A stretch of DNA of 64,000 bases from Owenia fusiformis (lineage: Eukaryota): contig CAIIXF020000001.1 in assembly GCA_903813345.2 (NCBI GenBank), positions 17,360,001 through 17,424,000 on the forward strand. Reading direction: 5' to 3'. The position numbers and the translations under genes were made by a program. Shown one piece after another: positions 1-15,100 of the stretch. The notes under the pieces were generated by a model. It searched no databases. It was not told where the DNA came from and saw only the letters and a program-made list of their open reading frames with translations. Within the stretch, counting starts at the first letter, position 1. Every line of letters starts with the position of its first letter.

Positions 1-145
1 TTCTATATACAATTACAAGGCTCCTGTACTGCTCATAAAATGAAATAGTAGCAAATACGTTTTACCGAAAGTTTACTTTATATAGACATACGATATATGA
101 TGAAAAAATGATTAGAAATGTATTATGAAGATTTTTTGTTTTCAG

Positions 146-3100
146 AAAGTAATATTGATGTGACAATCCTAAAGTTAGAAGAAACAATAACAGTGATTGG
201 GTGAGATATATAATTATGCTTCAAATCAATTTCACACAATTCTTCAGATGTTAGGCCAATTGTTCAGTTCCAGTATTCTCACTCTAACGTATTTATCCAA
301 GCCGTGATTAACTTGTTATTTTCATTTCGTATTATCTATTTTTATTTTTATATCGTTTTTCATTATTGATTAGAATTTGTTAATTATTATCAAGACTATG
401 AAGTTATGCTTTTGAGTATTATACATGAATACCATTTGATCTGCATACTGCAAGCGTTATTTCTTACTTTGTCCTTTAAAGAACATACATAGAAATAATA
501 TTTTCAGGTCAAGGACAAAGAAATTGTTCTTCACAATAACTATTGATGGGGACAATGTCGACTCTAGAACTAAACCGGATAACTTCATAAACATTGAGCT
601 AATCAAGCAGTACCTCTTGGGTATCAATGCAGATGGTGGTCTTGTAGATGATGCTACATTGGATGTAGAAATTGAGTTTACTATAGCATTCCGAGGCAAG
701 ATTATGCCAATTGATATAACAGCTGTGGAGGTTATTTTAAGAATGTACCATGCATCTGTTGTGACAGGATATGAAGAGTCTTGTGTTACTTCTCAGATTG
801 TTTCTCAGGATCTTGTTGCAGATAGACAGTAAGTATGATATGACCCCTTGTAACTCAGTAATTTTAAACAACGCATCTAAACATGTGACATCCAAATGAT
901 ATCATATATGACAAAATTTAAGTGTAGACAGAAGATATGTTTTTTTATATTTTAGTCGCAAGTTGAACAGAGTGAGGTACACTGTTGGCTGTGGAGACAT
1001 GAAGATTACACCTGATTCACAGACTAGAATCACATTTGAAACATTGCATGAGAACTTTGTAAAGGCTGGGTCAATATACGAGCCTATCGATATAAATGGA
1101 TTGGAACTCATCTCTATTGATAGATTGTTCTCAATCTACGTTGACAGTATTGTTGATATTCATGAACACCTGCCAAAGCTGATTCTAAGATCTATGAAGA
1201 GCACTTACATTGGTATGCGATTCACTGAAATTTGTTGGTACTTTTCTGAAATAGTTCAATATGTAATAACAATAATTGAATATGTGACATGAATAATGTT
1301 GCTTTCAATGACATTGCCTTGCAGAATAAACAGGCAAAGAAGAATTATAAATATCTAAGCACGGGTGCCAAAAGTTGCAATGAAACCTAGCAAGAAAAAA
1401 GCTCTCGGTGTTGACCAGTCATAAGAAATACAAACCAAACCCCACATAACACGAAACAATGATCGAGCTTAAAAAAACAATGTATAATACCCCTTCCCCC
1501 ACGCCATTCAAGGCCATAACACTAAGGGTTATTTCTTTCAAAGTGAAGTCATTAAAATACAAGTTGAAGAAAAAATTTGAAATTTATAGGCAATACTCAA
1601 CTTCAAAAACCGAATATGAAAATATAATATTTAAACATTGAATTGTGTCATTGGGGATCACTCATTGTGGAAAATGTGTCAAGAATCTCACAGACATACA
1701 CAATGTTTTATTTGCATTCCAGATCTACAGGATGCTTCGTTTTCAATTAGCTTACACTTCATAGAATCCTACACCAAGTAAGTTAACATTCTTTTTTAGT
1801 TGTTACCACAATGTTATGGGACAATGTGCAATATAGGTTATTATTCACTATCAAAAATAATGAATTTGTTATTCGCTTGTTTTGGTCAATTATGATAAAT
1901 ATGTATGTTCCTATGTCTAATCTTCATTTTCCTTGGCTAATAGATAATATATTTGATTATCGTGGATTCATTCTCGAGATGACTAGTTGTGTAACTTTTC
2001 ACTTTGTGGTCAGTTTGGTCATTTTGCTACTTGTATATTTATATCAATGTTGTCTTTGTCATTACTATACATACCCTCTCAGATGGATGGATACATGAGA
2101 TGTTTCTACTTTTTCACTAATTAAGTATCACGTTATGTCATTTCAGGAATGCAAATTACACAGGAACCAGTGATCTTGATAAGTGAGTACCCGGCCAGTG
2201 ATATAAAGTAGTTTGCATAGCTCTATACTTCATAAGTTTATTATAATATCATTAAGATCCTAATATTCCCATCTCTGTACAAAACCTAACAACCTTATTT
2301 TTTTGCTGGATTATACAAGATTAATAAAGAGCATTTACAGCTTTAATTTTAACAATTCATTGATGAATAATGATCAATAATGGTTTTCTGTACATTTTAC
2401 CTTAACGCCATTTCAGAGATTCTATTTATAAGGTGACATATGGAATTGTGGCCGATGAGGCAATTGTGTCTTCTATGATCACTAAAGGAGTAGACATCAT
2501 TAATCTACAAACCATCATAGATGATATCCCTGAGGTCGATTTCAAACTTTTAGATCCATCAACCTTATCCATATACCCAATGGAATTCCGTATACCTCTG
2601 TTCACAAAGGAGAGGATTCCAAGTATGCAAATTGCAGATTTTGTGGCAGTTTTAGAACAACTGTGGAAATCCAAGCCAGAATATGGGAATTCTTCTCTTG
2701 AGGTGAAACCAACTACAATAGAAGATTTGTATACATTGAATGGGTAAGTAAACGCATTACTTGTACCAGTACATATAAGCACAAAGAACAATCATCCACC
2801 TCATCTGTACAGTTAGAGCACCCACGAATGGTAATTTGGGTTTTCTAAGTGACATTTTCATTCATTTTTCATTTCATGTTTTAAAAGTTGTTCATTGGTT
2901 TTTAGGGATGATGTTTATGGCTTGTTTTACTTTGTGGAAGTTGATGATGTTTTGGTAGATCCATATAATGGCCTCAACAATTTAGATCTGGATGAGATCA
3001 AATCTGCGATATCCTTCGAAACTAACATTGGCACTGAATACACCTTTGTTGATATGAGGCCGCATGAGCTCATACGGACATCTGATATGCTAGAGTTCTA

Positions 3101-6100
3101 CTATCATAAGAATATACCAAGGCTTCAATACCGCTTGATTGAGTCAATTTTGACAAAATTGTGGATGAGAAGTGAAAACACAATTTCTAAACAAGGTACA
3201 TTACTTTCCTATGGTTGCTAATAGTGACATAGTGGTGTATTGTGTTGAATTGAAACGGTTTTGTTTTATTTTGATTATAGGTCTATATAAACGCTGGGTG
3301 TTCAAGTTTAACATGACTTATTAACACGTTATTCATGCTCTAACACTTTGAAAATCTTAAAGGTTTTATTACGATTTTTCGCCTTTTCAGTTTCTTCCAG
3401 GATTGTTGCACAAGAACCTTACTATAATAAAGATGGGTACGTTCTACGCTAATTTTGATTTTAAGATATGTAGTTTTAATATATAATATACTAACTCTTG
3501 AAAGCTTAAAATGATTTGAAAATGAAAGTATTTGCAATGTTATTATTGATTTAAGTTAATTCATCTTATACAATATTTGTACTAATAAGTGTGTTGTTGT
3601 CCTTTACAGTGATCTCATATACAAAATATCCTACATTCTCATGTATATGGACGGAACTCCAGTTCCTCCAAAGATGCACTCAATGGAGAAGATAACAATG
3701 TTGTATATGGCAATTCTTGACGCGTTTCCTGATCCGGACCTAGACAAAGTACACTTCAAAACGATTATTCAACAAGTTGAAGAATTCCAATCAACAAAGA
3801 TGATGCTTCAAAAATATGTTTTCTCTGAATATATAACATATGATGATTTCCTACCACTGATTGAAGCATTTGAGTTTCAAAGACTTGGTGTTGAACTAAA
3901 GATAATCGGCCAAAACAGAGTAACTACAGACTTAAGGTTGGTACAATTGGAATCATACAAAACCATATAAAGTACTTGATATCATTTTTTGATATTTGAA
4001 TGTTTATAAAGATATTTCGTGATGATTGAATACTTGCTCTTTACTTGTAGAATACCACTTGTCAAACCAATACTGATGCTGATAAGGAATGGGACGATAA
4101 TGGATAATAGAAATAACATACCTAAAAATGAGTGGGAATATTTGCCAAAATCATTTGTGAATCTCATCGGTTTAACTACTACATACGACCTGGCTATGGC
4201 ACATTCGTTGATCTTGAAGAGCAAAATAACTTCTGAGGATATACAGCACCTGGAGTCACAACTTACTATGTACCATAAAACCTTGAACAGAGGTATAACT
4301 ACATGTACACAACATACATAGTGTATACTCTAAAAGTATACCATTGTATAGTTGTTAAGCATATCCAAGACACAAGTGTTATAATTTTTCAAGATTATTT
4401 GAAGTTTCATTTAATTCTATTTTCACCCCGGAATAGCCTGACAACGGTAAAGTCAGATACCGTTGTCACAAATGGCGGACATAACCGTCGCTTCAATTAG
4501 ATTTTCATGTACTGTATGTTTAATAGAGCACTTAGACTAAATTCTTTTGGAATAACAATCAATCAAAGTGTCTTAATACTCATTGTACAGTTAATAATGT
4601 TTTGCCATCGAAATAAAGTCTTTAATTTAACCGATCAAAATGAGATACGGGACAACTGACACTGTAATTACCATATGCCGTTGTCAGTTGAAGCGATGGT
4701 TATGTCCGCCATTTGTGACAATGGTATCTTACTTTACCGTTGTCAGGCTATTCCGGTGTGATTTTGGAATTGATAAATAATAATAAAAAGAAAGTATCGT
4801 TTTAACCAATTACTAAAACTATTTCTGCCCTAATTATCTAGAGTGTAAGTGGGATATTAAGGCAGACCTGGCTATTACTAGTGCCATGAATGAGACCAGT
4901 GAAGAAGAGACAATGTGGTTGTGCCAGTATAAATGCATGGCGATGCACTGGTGCACGCTGTTTGTGTACAGTGCCAACGACAAACAGTGTTTGCTGTATA
5001 GCCAAGTATTTGACGACCTTCTTGCGACTAATGTTGAAGCTGAGCAAGGAACCAATATTTATGTGTGTCAAGAGACAGGTATGTATGCAAATATGAATAT
5101 GTGTTTGCGAGGACAAAGGGGAAAAACCGAAAATTGTTAAGAAAATATCAAGAAAAAGAAAAAATCTAAGAGTGCATCAGTAGAAAGGAAAACAAACCCA
5201 AACTATCCCAAATCATAATCCAACCTTAAAGGAAATGGGCATTTGAGGACCAACAATGCAGTTAAATGTTGTAATTTGTATTGTCTCAAATATGTAAATT
5301 AGAGCAGCGAGAGTCAACATCTATCCACACACAATAATTACAACATATATACTATATCTATTTTAGCAACGAGGGTCAATATTTATCCACACACGATAAT
5401 TACAAAATAAATAATATATATTTATTTTTAGCGAATGATTGTCTTAACACAAAGTTCATCATGCAAGAAGAAAAACTTGTGGACTATGCACTGTAAGTTC
5501 AAGTATTTAGAATTTAGTTGGCATATTTGTCAGTCATATTTACCTCTCACGCATCAATGAAATTGTATTGATAGTGAGTCGGAGAAGAGGAGGGGGACCC
5601 CTAGAGCTTTAGCGATGATAGACACATAACGTTACGTCACCTTCGTTTGGGCAAATTTTCACAAGTTAGATTTTAAATATAACACGTCGTTGTGATATTT
5701 TGATCGATGCAGGCATATTCCTTACAGCTTTCTTTATATTGATGTGAAATAACAAGCTATGATATTATTTAACACGCCAGAAATTAATTAATAATAATAA
5801 TATTATTCGAAGCATTATTTAAAATTTTTGAATCCGCCATTTTCGTTTGTCGATTTGGACCAAACAGGACGGTGGGTCATCTCAATACAGATTTACATTA
5901 AATACGTACGTCATCTTTGAACCCTGGGATTTTCCCCCTCTTGCGTCGGAGAAAGCAAAACAATGTATGAAACGAATGAATAACCCACTGATAAAAAGCT
6001 TTCATGATACTTTATGAAACTGTTTTATTTCTTCAACTTCGTAGTGGCCCAGTGTTCAATGTGTACTACCTGGTCAGATGTGATAACATTGTAAAAGATG

Positions 6101-9100
6101 TTCGTATGGAACCTGCAATCATTAAATCAGATCTAGAAGTCTACATCGATGAGGACAAGTTCACTATTGCTGATGTTGATATCAGAAATACAATAAACTA
6201 TAAAGATGCTTGGTATATTGATTTGTCCACGCATGTCCTCGATACTGACATTCCTGTCTTGAAGAGTGCCATACGTGCAGCACTTTTAGAGACCAATGTT
6301 GGTAAGAATATACTTTTTAATTGTTATTAGTTTTTCAGTGAATGAATTAAACATAAAGTTCGAATTGATGCATAATTTTGATCCTCACAAGACGATACAA
6401 TTACCTTGATTACGTACAGTGTACATGAAAGTTTATTCCATACTGTAAATTTGCAGGTCTAAATGCCATTATGTTCAGTGTAAACATTTTGGCTCGTGAG
6501 CAGGTCATCTCTACTACCGGGTATAGTATTTATCATCACACTTAAATAAATAAACTTCTATCAGGGATGTAATTTGAATTTTACTTTGATTAGACTACAC
6601 TTTTTGATAGAAACATGTTAGCTGAAAATGATAAGCTATCATTATAAAGTTGACGTATCACCCGACCTTTACTTTATTTTGGAAAAAAGTCATGCTTGAT
6701 ATATTTATATTATTGTTTTCAGAACCATTGGGACTCGGGTACTTTACAAGATACAATCCGATGACAGTTTAATACATACCTTAGACCTCAATTCCAAACT
6801 AGACATCATTACACTACAAGCCAAGCTTGACGAGTTTTTCACTATTTCATTGTATACAGCGGTAGATCTTGTATCATCTGGACCAGTCTATCAGTATAAT
6901 CGGAGGTTTACACTCGTATCAACTCTGAGGTTGCAGGATGAACTGCTTGAGGAGTTTACGAAATCACTGCAGCTTGGCATGAAGTTGAAATTGACAAGTA
7001 ATGTGATATATTTTACTTCTAAGATATACATATTCATAATCTGAAATTTAAATATAGATGTAAAAGCTATTCGACTTCCTGATGTTGGATATACAGTAAC
7101 TACATGGTTATCCAATAAAGACATCTGGTATAAATATTTATAAATATTGTCATGATGTGATCGTTGTTTGTTTATGTATTTTAGAAACCATCATTTTACC
7201 ATCCAGGTATACATTTATATGCTTTAGATTTCCCCCAATTTGATGTTGACGTGACAATTGTAAAGCAAGAGGAATATTATGATGGAGAAGGGTATGTTAG
7301 TTGACATATGCCATTCCTGTAAAACGAATTTGAGGGATCGGTCCTTACAAGAAGCAATAAAGCTCTAAGATTTTGGCAATATTTTTATATATCCCCTTTG
7401 CAAATTGATTCAATATTTTTTTTATTTTAGGAACTCAGTTTTGGTGATTACTTACTTCATCACTGTCAATGACCTTGTGATAGACTCTGGGGTTGTAGAG
7501 ACAATATCCAATGAAAAACTTGAAGAATATATTAACTTTACATCAACAACCCAGGAGGAGTTCAAATTCATCAAATTTACAAAGGAAATAATTTCAGCTT
7601 CGTCGGTCGTAAAATTCATATTATCCAAGAAGATTGTTAATGTAGATATTCTAAGGATTGAGACAAGTGTTAAGGAACTAATCAAGGGGTCGTTTAACAT
7701 GCAGAATAGTAAGTAATCCTTTATGTGTATTTTTCTTACATAATGCAATATGCATGATCGTCTAACAAAAGTATGTTTATAACGAAAGAAAATTTGACAA
7801 TTATACAATTGTATTAGTACAATATATATTACTATTCAATTCAAACTATTATTTGGTAAGATATATGGAATGAACTCTACGCTGCTAATTCTGACAAATT
7901 AAGGCGTCCATAATTTGGCATTTTTTATTAATTTGCAGGTGACTTGGAAGTGAAAATACTACGACAGAACATCATTGTCACAAAATCAGGGTAAATCCAA
8001 TACATTATGATTTGAATAAGTGTATGCATTATAGTAAATAAAGTGGAAACTTTGGAAATAGCTTGTAATGTTAATCATGAGGACTATGCATACATTTTCA
8101 GAGCAATTATTATATGACTGATTTTAACCAATTTTGTGTTTAGTTTTTTTGCCAATGATATTGTTTGGGTTTCAAACTTTGATATAAACTGTGTAAACTG
8201 ATCAGATTATTTATTTAAAACATTTTGAAAATATGAATAGTTCTTCAACATTGTATATATTCAGGGTAACACTCACTGAAGTCATTCTCAAAATCCGATC
8301 TGAGGATAAGGACATTAATACATTTGTACCTGCTAACAATACACTACAAGCAGTTGTTACATTGGCCCTCCAAAGCGTTTTTGTAACTGGAGGACATGTG
8401 TCGTATGGTGCATTAGTCGTTCGAGATGTCAAGGAAACGTTTAATTCAGAGTCAATCTTATCAGTTGTTATCTCTACAAAAGTACAGAAAACAGATGAGA
8501 TAACCTTCGTTAGAGCTGTCAAAGAAACGCTCAGAAGTCAATTTAATAGTACGTTATTATTTTATAATAGTCACAATCAAGCAGTATTATGAAAACAAGG
8601 ATAAAGTTTGTTTATCGTGTAGCTTTTAACTACAAGATTGCTGTTTCATATTATATTTATGATATTACTTTTATCAATGAATTTGAGAGTAGTAAAGACG
8701 CAACCATTTGAATTTAATGTACTGCTCATTTATATATATATGTTTATTTTGTTGTTTATTATATAGACTTGCTATTTTCATTTTTTAGTTTCTATAGCCA
8801 GTGAGTTTGACGTGGTGTTGCTAAAGCAGGAAGAAGTCAAAATAGAGAGAGGGTAAGAATACCTGAATACATAGTATTAAGTCGCTAATAGCTATCAGCA
8901 GTGAACTTGGTCAGTAGCTTGTAGACAGAGTCCCGTCAAAACATTATGGTCTCAAGTCCAAATGATATCGTAAATGCCAATGTTGCGCTCTGCAATAAAA
9001 CTTACTTTTTGTAGGAACTACACTTTTCAGTGCAGAAACATCTTGGCATTTATTTAATTTATTTATTTCATACATTTACAGCTTAACTGCTGTCAAGATC

Positions 9101-12100
9101 TCAGTGGCAATCCAGTCGAACACAACGCTGGTAACGGATACTGTAATAACAACAGAGATAGATGTAGAAATATTGAAGGAAAAGCTTACAGAAGTTGGCC
9201 TCGACTCTCTAAAAGTTGTTGTGACTGAATCAACAAGTGTTGTAACATCAGAAAGTACTTTCAAGCTACGATTCTCTACGAAGATAGATGTTACAGAAGT
9301 TATCAAAATAGAAAGGGCATTACGGGAATACCATAAGAAAGCAAATGCAGGTAATGATCGTATGTTAATGTAACAAAAATGCCATAACAAATGCATGGAC
9401 GTAAGAGAGATCATTTAAATATGTCCAACTATCAGAAGGAAATCTTCGATTCAATTTATCTTTTTATTGCATCAAAGTGTTTGGTATTTGTGTTGTTTAG
9501 TACATTGGTCAGACATTGTTTGCACATTTCTTATCTTGTTTAAGAGTGTGTCAGTTGGACAGAAACAAAGAGAACTCTTATACTGGCTGGGCGAAACATT
9601 CCAAGTATTGCATCACATGAACTGTGTAAACCTGTATGTGAGATGGACCCAACATGCAAAGCATTCAACTATATGCAAAGCACACAGAACTGTGTCCTTC
9701 ATGAATATTACTTAAATGAGGTGGATGATGATATGGTGGTAGATAGTGATGGATTCAACTTGTTCCAGTGTACAAGAGAAGGTGAATACTTTGTGCATGA
9801 TTTTCTCTATCAACTGAAGTGTTGATAGACGATATAACAATTAATAAGATATATAGGTATAAACGTATATTATTCATGAACTGATATTTATTATTGTTCA
9901 CCATGGAATCTTTGTTATGTTTTCCTGGATGTTTCCATTATCTGATTACAACCTCTGAAAAGCAAAATTTTAAATTAGAATTTTATTAATTATTACTTTT
10001 GGAGTATATCCTAATAAAGTCGTCCTGCTTCGTTATGTATTTCTTTTTTAACTTTCAGACACAAGTTGTTTCAACGTGAAATTTATCGGAAGCAGTGAGT
10101 TTGTCGATAACAACAGGTAAAGTAGGCATTGAAACTGATATCTTTGAACAACACAAAACACCGACTGTCTTTATTTAGCAGTTTAAATGCTGATGCCTTT
10201 TGCATTGTGTGTACTATACTAATCTAGTATATTTGGCATAAAATATAATATTTTGCTTTCAGGAAATCGCTTCACGAGATCAGCTATACTTTAAAATGTG
10301 GTGACAAAATTATCAAACCTGATGAATTACCAGCCCCTGATATATCTGTCATCCAAACATATATCACAGCAACTAATACTTCACTCAAGCTGGTTGAATC
10401 GACCAGTGTGAATATAACAAAGGTTACAGAAACACATAGTATCGTGGTGAACAATTTTGTCACAATGGAAATGTTTTCCAAGTTTGAAGTTGCTATAAAA
10501 TCAGCATTTGAAAAGAAATTAGTTGGATCTATATTCAATGTATTCATTCTCAAGCAGGAACAAGTCCTATTGAAGGATGGGTAAGGATTCAAATATTATA
10601 GTGTCTTACTATTTAGAGATAAATGATTGAGTTACATCTTCTTGAAATAATTGGTGTATGCAATATTTGTTGACAGCATTATGCTTAACCCCCTCTGAAA
10701 ACGGAAAAAGAAATATCAATCCATTGTCCTTAAACATTTATTGAAATTATTATGATTTTCTATTGCAGAACCATGTATTGGAAGTTATTTTTCACAGCGA
10801 AACCATTGACAGACATTGCATTTGACATTACCAGTATCATTGGAGAGATTACCACATCCATTGCTCAAGCAAATATTGAGGGTCCAAGAGAAATGTATAG
10901 CATTGTGCCTGGTATAAATATTACATTCCCATACGAGCAGCGTTTCGACTTATTCATCGGATCTAAAGTAGCGGTTCAAGATTATGTCAAATTTGAGAAA
11001 TCGTTAATAGAGGTCTGGACAAACTTCATGGATTTTCAAATGGATGTACCTTTGGATGTTAAAATAGTCACACAGCAAAGGTTCATTGACATCGATGGGT
11101 AAGTAAATGTTCATTTTCTGTATTTGCTCCAATCTGACAAAAATTGAAGTCAGTTTTAGCTTTAGTATTTGAAAGGTAAAATATGCCTAGCCCTAAGTTT
11201 CTGTAAATAATCTTTTATGCCAATACCTTAATATTATGATACTTTTCTAGCCTTTTAAAAAAAATTGCAATTTTTGGGCACACCCTGTATATACAGTTGA
11301 TTTTAAGGTATGTCTATGCCTCTGGTTATTTAATCACCCTGGATCTATTTCAGCTCTTCTAAGTGGAATCTAGTTTACTTTGTGTCCTTTGATGACCAAC
11401 TACAGAGCTCAGTAACCATTTTGGCTCCAGATGTGTCACTAATCCAGAAATCAATTGATTTCACCACAGTAAAAGGCAACCTGTACACAATCTTGGATGT
11501 GGACACCACCAAACTTGTATTAGATGACCTAACACAGAGTGTATACCTGAGAAGGAAAATCTTCAAAGAGGATCTAACAAGCTTTACTTTGAAATTAAAG
11601 TCTTTGTATTGTAAGTTTACATGCCTGTATATTATATTACTCTTACAAGGATAAATTAACTCGGTTTACGGAAGTAGTACAGTGCTGTAAAGGTAATATT
11701 CATATTTCTTTATGCTTCAGCCTTTGATGTCGCTGTTGTGGCCCAGATCAATTATGTAGCAAGTGAAATCGCTCTAATGGCTGAAAGGTAAATGTCATAT
11801 ATCATATATACAAGTACCATGTCATAAGCTAGCATTCACTAAATCAATCGCTGGCTGTCGGTTGACGATTTAATTGCTTATATATGACCAACTCATGTTA
11901 ATATGAATATGAGTAGCAGCAGGTACTATTTAGATCTTCAAGAGTTGACCATAATAATAACGGTCAAATTGTCAGCTGACAGCCAATGAATGAATTCGAG
12001 AGACTGTAAGCTTAGAGAAACCACTCAACATTTTCGATTTCATTGAGTTGTAAATTAGGTTGTGAGAAAACATTACAAGATATCGCTTTTATTATTTCAG

Positions 12101-15100
12101 AGAATTTGTAAAAGTTGCATTCGTAATAAAAGATTCAATGGGCAAAATCATACACCCAAACAGCATAAGAGAGCTAACACACGTCCAACTACAGACAGTA
12201 TTATCGGATGTTATGATATCAAGTTCTTCTATCTCATACTTGTCTTATTTGATTGACAAAACATCAGTTTCAAGCTTTGTTTCTGAGACGAAACAGACAT
12301 TCAGCATCACGCTTGATACAACAATAGACATGAAAGACAAAACTACTGTTGAACAAACATTTGCACAGATCATCAAGGAATCAAGTAAGTTAACATAATA
12401 ACTAGTTTTAAATATTTCTGTTAACATACGTAGCCCCATCAAGAGCATGTGTCCGTATTAGTGTCATGTCGTGTATTTTATTTACTTTGTAGATGATATC
12501 AAAGAAGAAGTAACATTGAAAATAGTCAGTGAAAGCACAGTCATAACTTCAACAGGGTATGTTTTATTTAAATTTGCTCCATTCAGAACATTTTACATCT
12601 GCACAGAAAATGTTTATCGATAAACTGTTAAAATCCAGAACCCAATGAATTGCACATGGTTTGAATCACGTCCTATATCAAGAAGAATATTATATCATTC
12701 TTGAAATATAAAATATCGTATCAAAATAAAAGGTAGCAATCTAGATCAATGATGCATGTTTACCATTGATTTGGACATCATATAACTTCTGCTTTCAGGA
12801 CCACAGCCACTGTTGTTAGGTTCATTGCCACAACGGCAACTGGAGTTATTTCTTCTAGTTTATCTGTAGAAATTAATTCTACAGTTATACGTGAGAAGTT
12901 TGTTGAAAAGAATCTGACTTATTCTGTACTGGAAGTTGATACAACCAAGATCCGTGAACTGTCTAAGTCATACAGTCTAACACTTAATAGGAAAGTAACC
13001 ATCAAAGAAAAATCAGAAATTGAAATGGCTATTCTAAACTATTACCAAAAGGAAAGCACAGAAAGTAAACATCTAGCAGTTCAGATTATACAACAAGTTG
13101 AGGTTGTGAATAGTGAAACCAAGTAAGTGTAATAATTTAATTATTTAATGTTTCTTTAAGTCAGCATTAAATGGAGTCATAAAACTATAAAACATATCAT
13201 TATTCTGACCTTTCATTTCTGCAGAGAATCCTATTCTGAACTCAAGTATTTCGTTACTCGGAACAATGTTGTTGTTGATTCGTCAGAAGAGTTCCCTGTG
13301 GATTTTAAAAAGCTTGAAGCCAGCTTAAGCATTACGACTTCCTCTGGAGTTAAGTTCAACTTGGTTGACACGACCAAGATGTCTTTGGCAAGGACAAACA
13401 GCATGCAGTCTGTATTTGTCAACTACAGAGTACTTGAGAACAATTTGGCAGGCTTTGAAACAGCCATACACAAAGCACTGTTAGCGAAGTATAGCGGTAA
13501 GTCTAAATTAAATACCATATAAAAATAAAATACAGGGTGCAGTAAAGGTAACAAGAAGTGCTGTTATTTTCCAAAATGTTGAACATTTCTGTACTTCTGT
13601 ACTTCTGTAAATTCGTAATCGAATACCTTGGATGGTATGGTATCAGGGTTTGTTCGAAGTCTATCCGAAGTAATTTTATTGTGACGAATCAGCTTTTTTA
13701 TATTCCAGGCAGTTGCACATTTACAGTTGATATTCTTAAGCAAAGAGAGGCATTTATGCTGACTACTAAGTAAGTGCAATTTTTAAATATTCTTACCTAA
13801 ATCTTGTTTGAAATTCTTCAAACAATTGTGGACGGCAATATATTAATGATAAGAATAACAGCAGCAAAGTAAAGCGATCGGATTGATATTATTATTCAAT
13901 TAACTTGTTGACGATGTACAACTATGATACTAAAAGAGAAATAACGTTATTCATCAACCAAACCAAAGTACCTAGACAGATTGATGTTTTAATCATATTA
14001 CAGGAAATCCGTATTCAAACTATCCTATACATTGTCACTGCAAAACGATTCAAATTGTGATGTTGTGGCTGAAATGAAGACATTGACATCGACATTGGAT
14101 ACAATTACAATAGATGATATTGTGATATCAGTTGATGCCCCGGTTGGAAGGGAAGCCTACAAATTAATAAGTAGTGATGATGAAATTGTTGTATCGGTTG
14201 AGAAACGTTTAGCAGTGTACTTTGATAATATGCTTGATGAATCTGAATTGACAAGAGTTGTAGTGGAACTTACTATGGCATGGTCTGCTATTAAAACAGG
14301 TAACTCAATCGTATACTGCATGTGTATTACTGTTTACATGTTTAGTACTTTATATATTCCCATCTGAATTGGGAACCAGTTGAGTAAATAGGTATAGTAT
14401 GTGTAGAAAACAACAACATTGTGACTAGAGATCAACATTGTCCAACAAATGTTATAATTATCAACCAATATATACAATCCGCATATGCAACACACTATTG
14501 TTTTTACTTCACTTGCAGGAGTAGTTGTTATCAAACGGGGACTACTGAAGGAAGTTATTACTGACATGGGGTAAATTAAATACTTTCTTATTTCTAAAGG
14601 TATCATAAGTCAAGCAAATTGTTCTACCAGGTATTATACTATAATTAGTGTCAATTAGGGATATCACATAAATGAATGAATATTGATTTTAAACTCATTA
14701 TATGTCAAATTTATAGAGATACAAAGTGGGTTTTGGATTATTTCCTGACAATTGATGGTCAAATCATTGATGGAGGCCTAGAGGACGACAGTATGGTTAT
14801 ATCGAACATTGTTGGAAAACTACCAGAGTAAGTTTGTTTTGATTATGATTCAGGGTTATATTTATAATATTTGTTTTGTATCATGTGGATTAATTAGTGT
14901 ATGCCTTTCTAATGAATTATTCGATATGTTGATTATTTCAATAAACTTTCTAATTGTATTTATGTTCAACCTTTAGGTTGAATATAAGCGTTAATGTAAG
15001 TGGAACAGTGACTGCAATGATGACTAGTGCATTGGCCTTGAAGACAAAAATACTGATGGAAGATCGACCAGCCATTGAACTCTCACTTAAATCAATGTGG

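Noticed and set aside
5578-5950. Weak inverted similarity around a slightly GC-richer intronic block
   Set aside because: Too degenerate to define TIRs or a TSD; probably an old element
7185-7206. Possible microexon ag|AAACC...TCCAG|gt
   Set aside because: It would leave a ~21-nt intron before exon 7228 and break the phase
11850-11990. Imperfect ~19-bp inverted repeat (ggctgtcggttgacgattt / aaattgtcagctgacagcc)
   Set aside because: Likely a MITE remnant, but termini and TSD cannot be established
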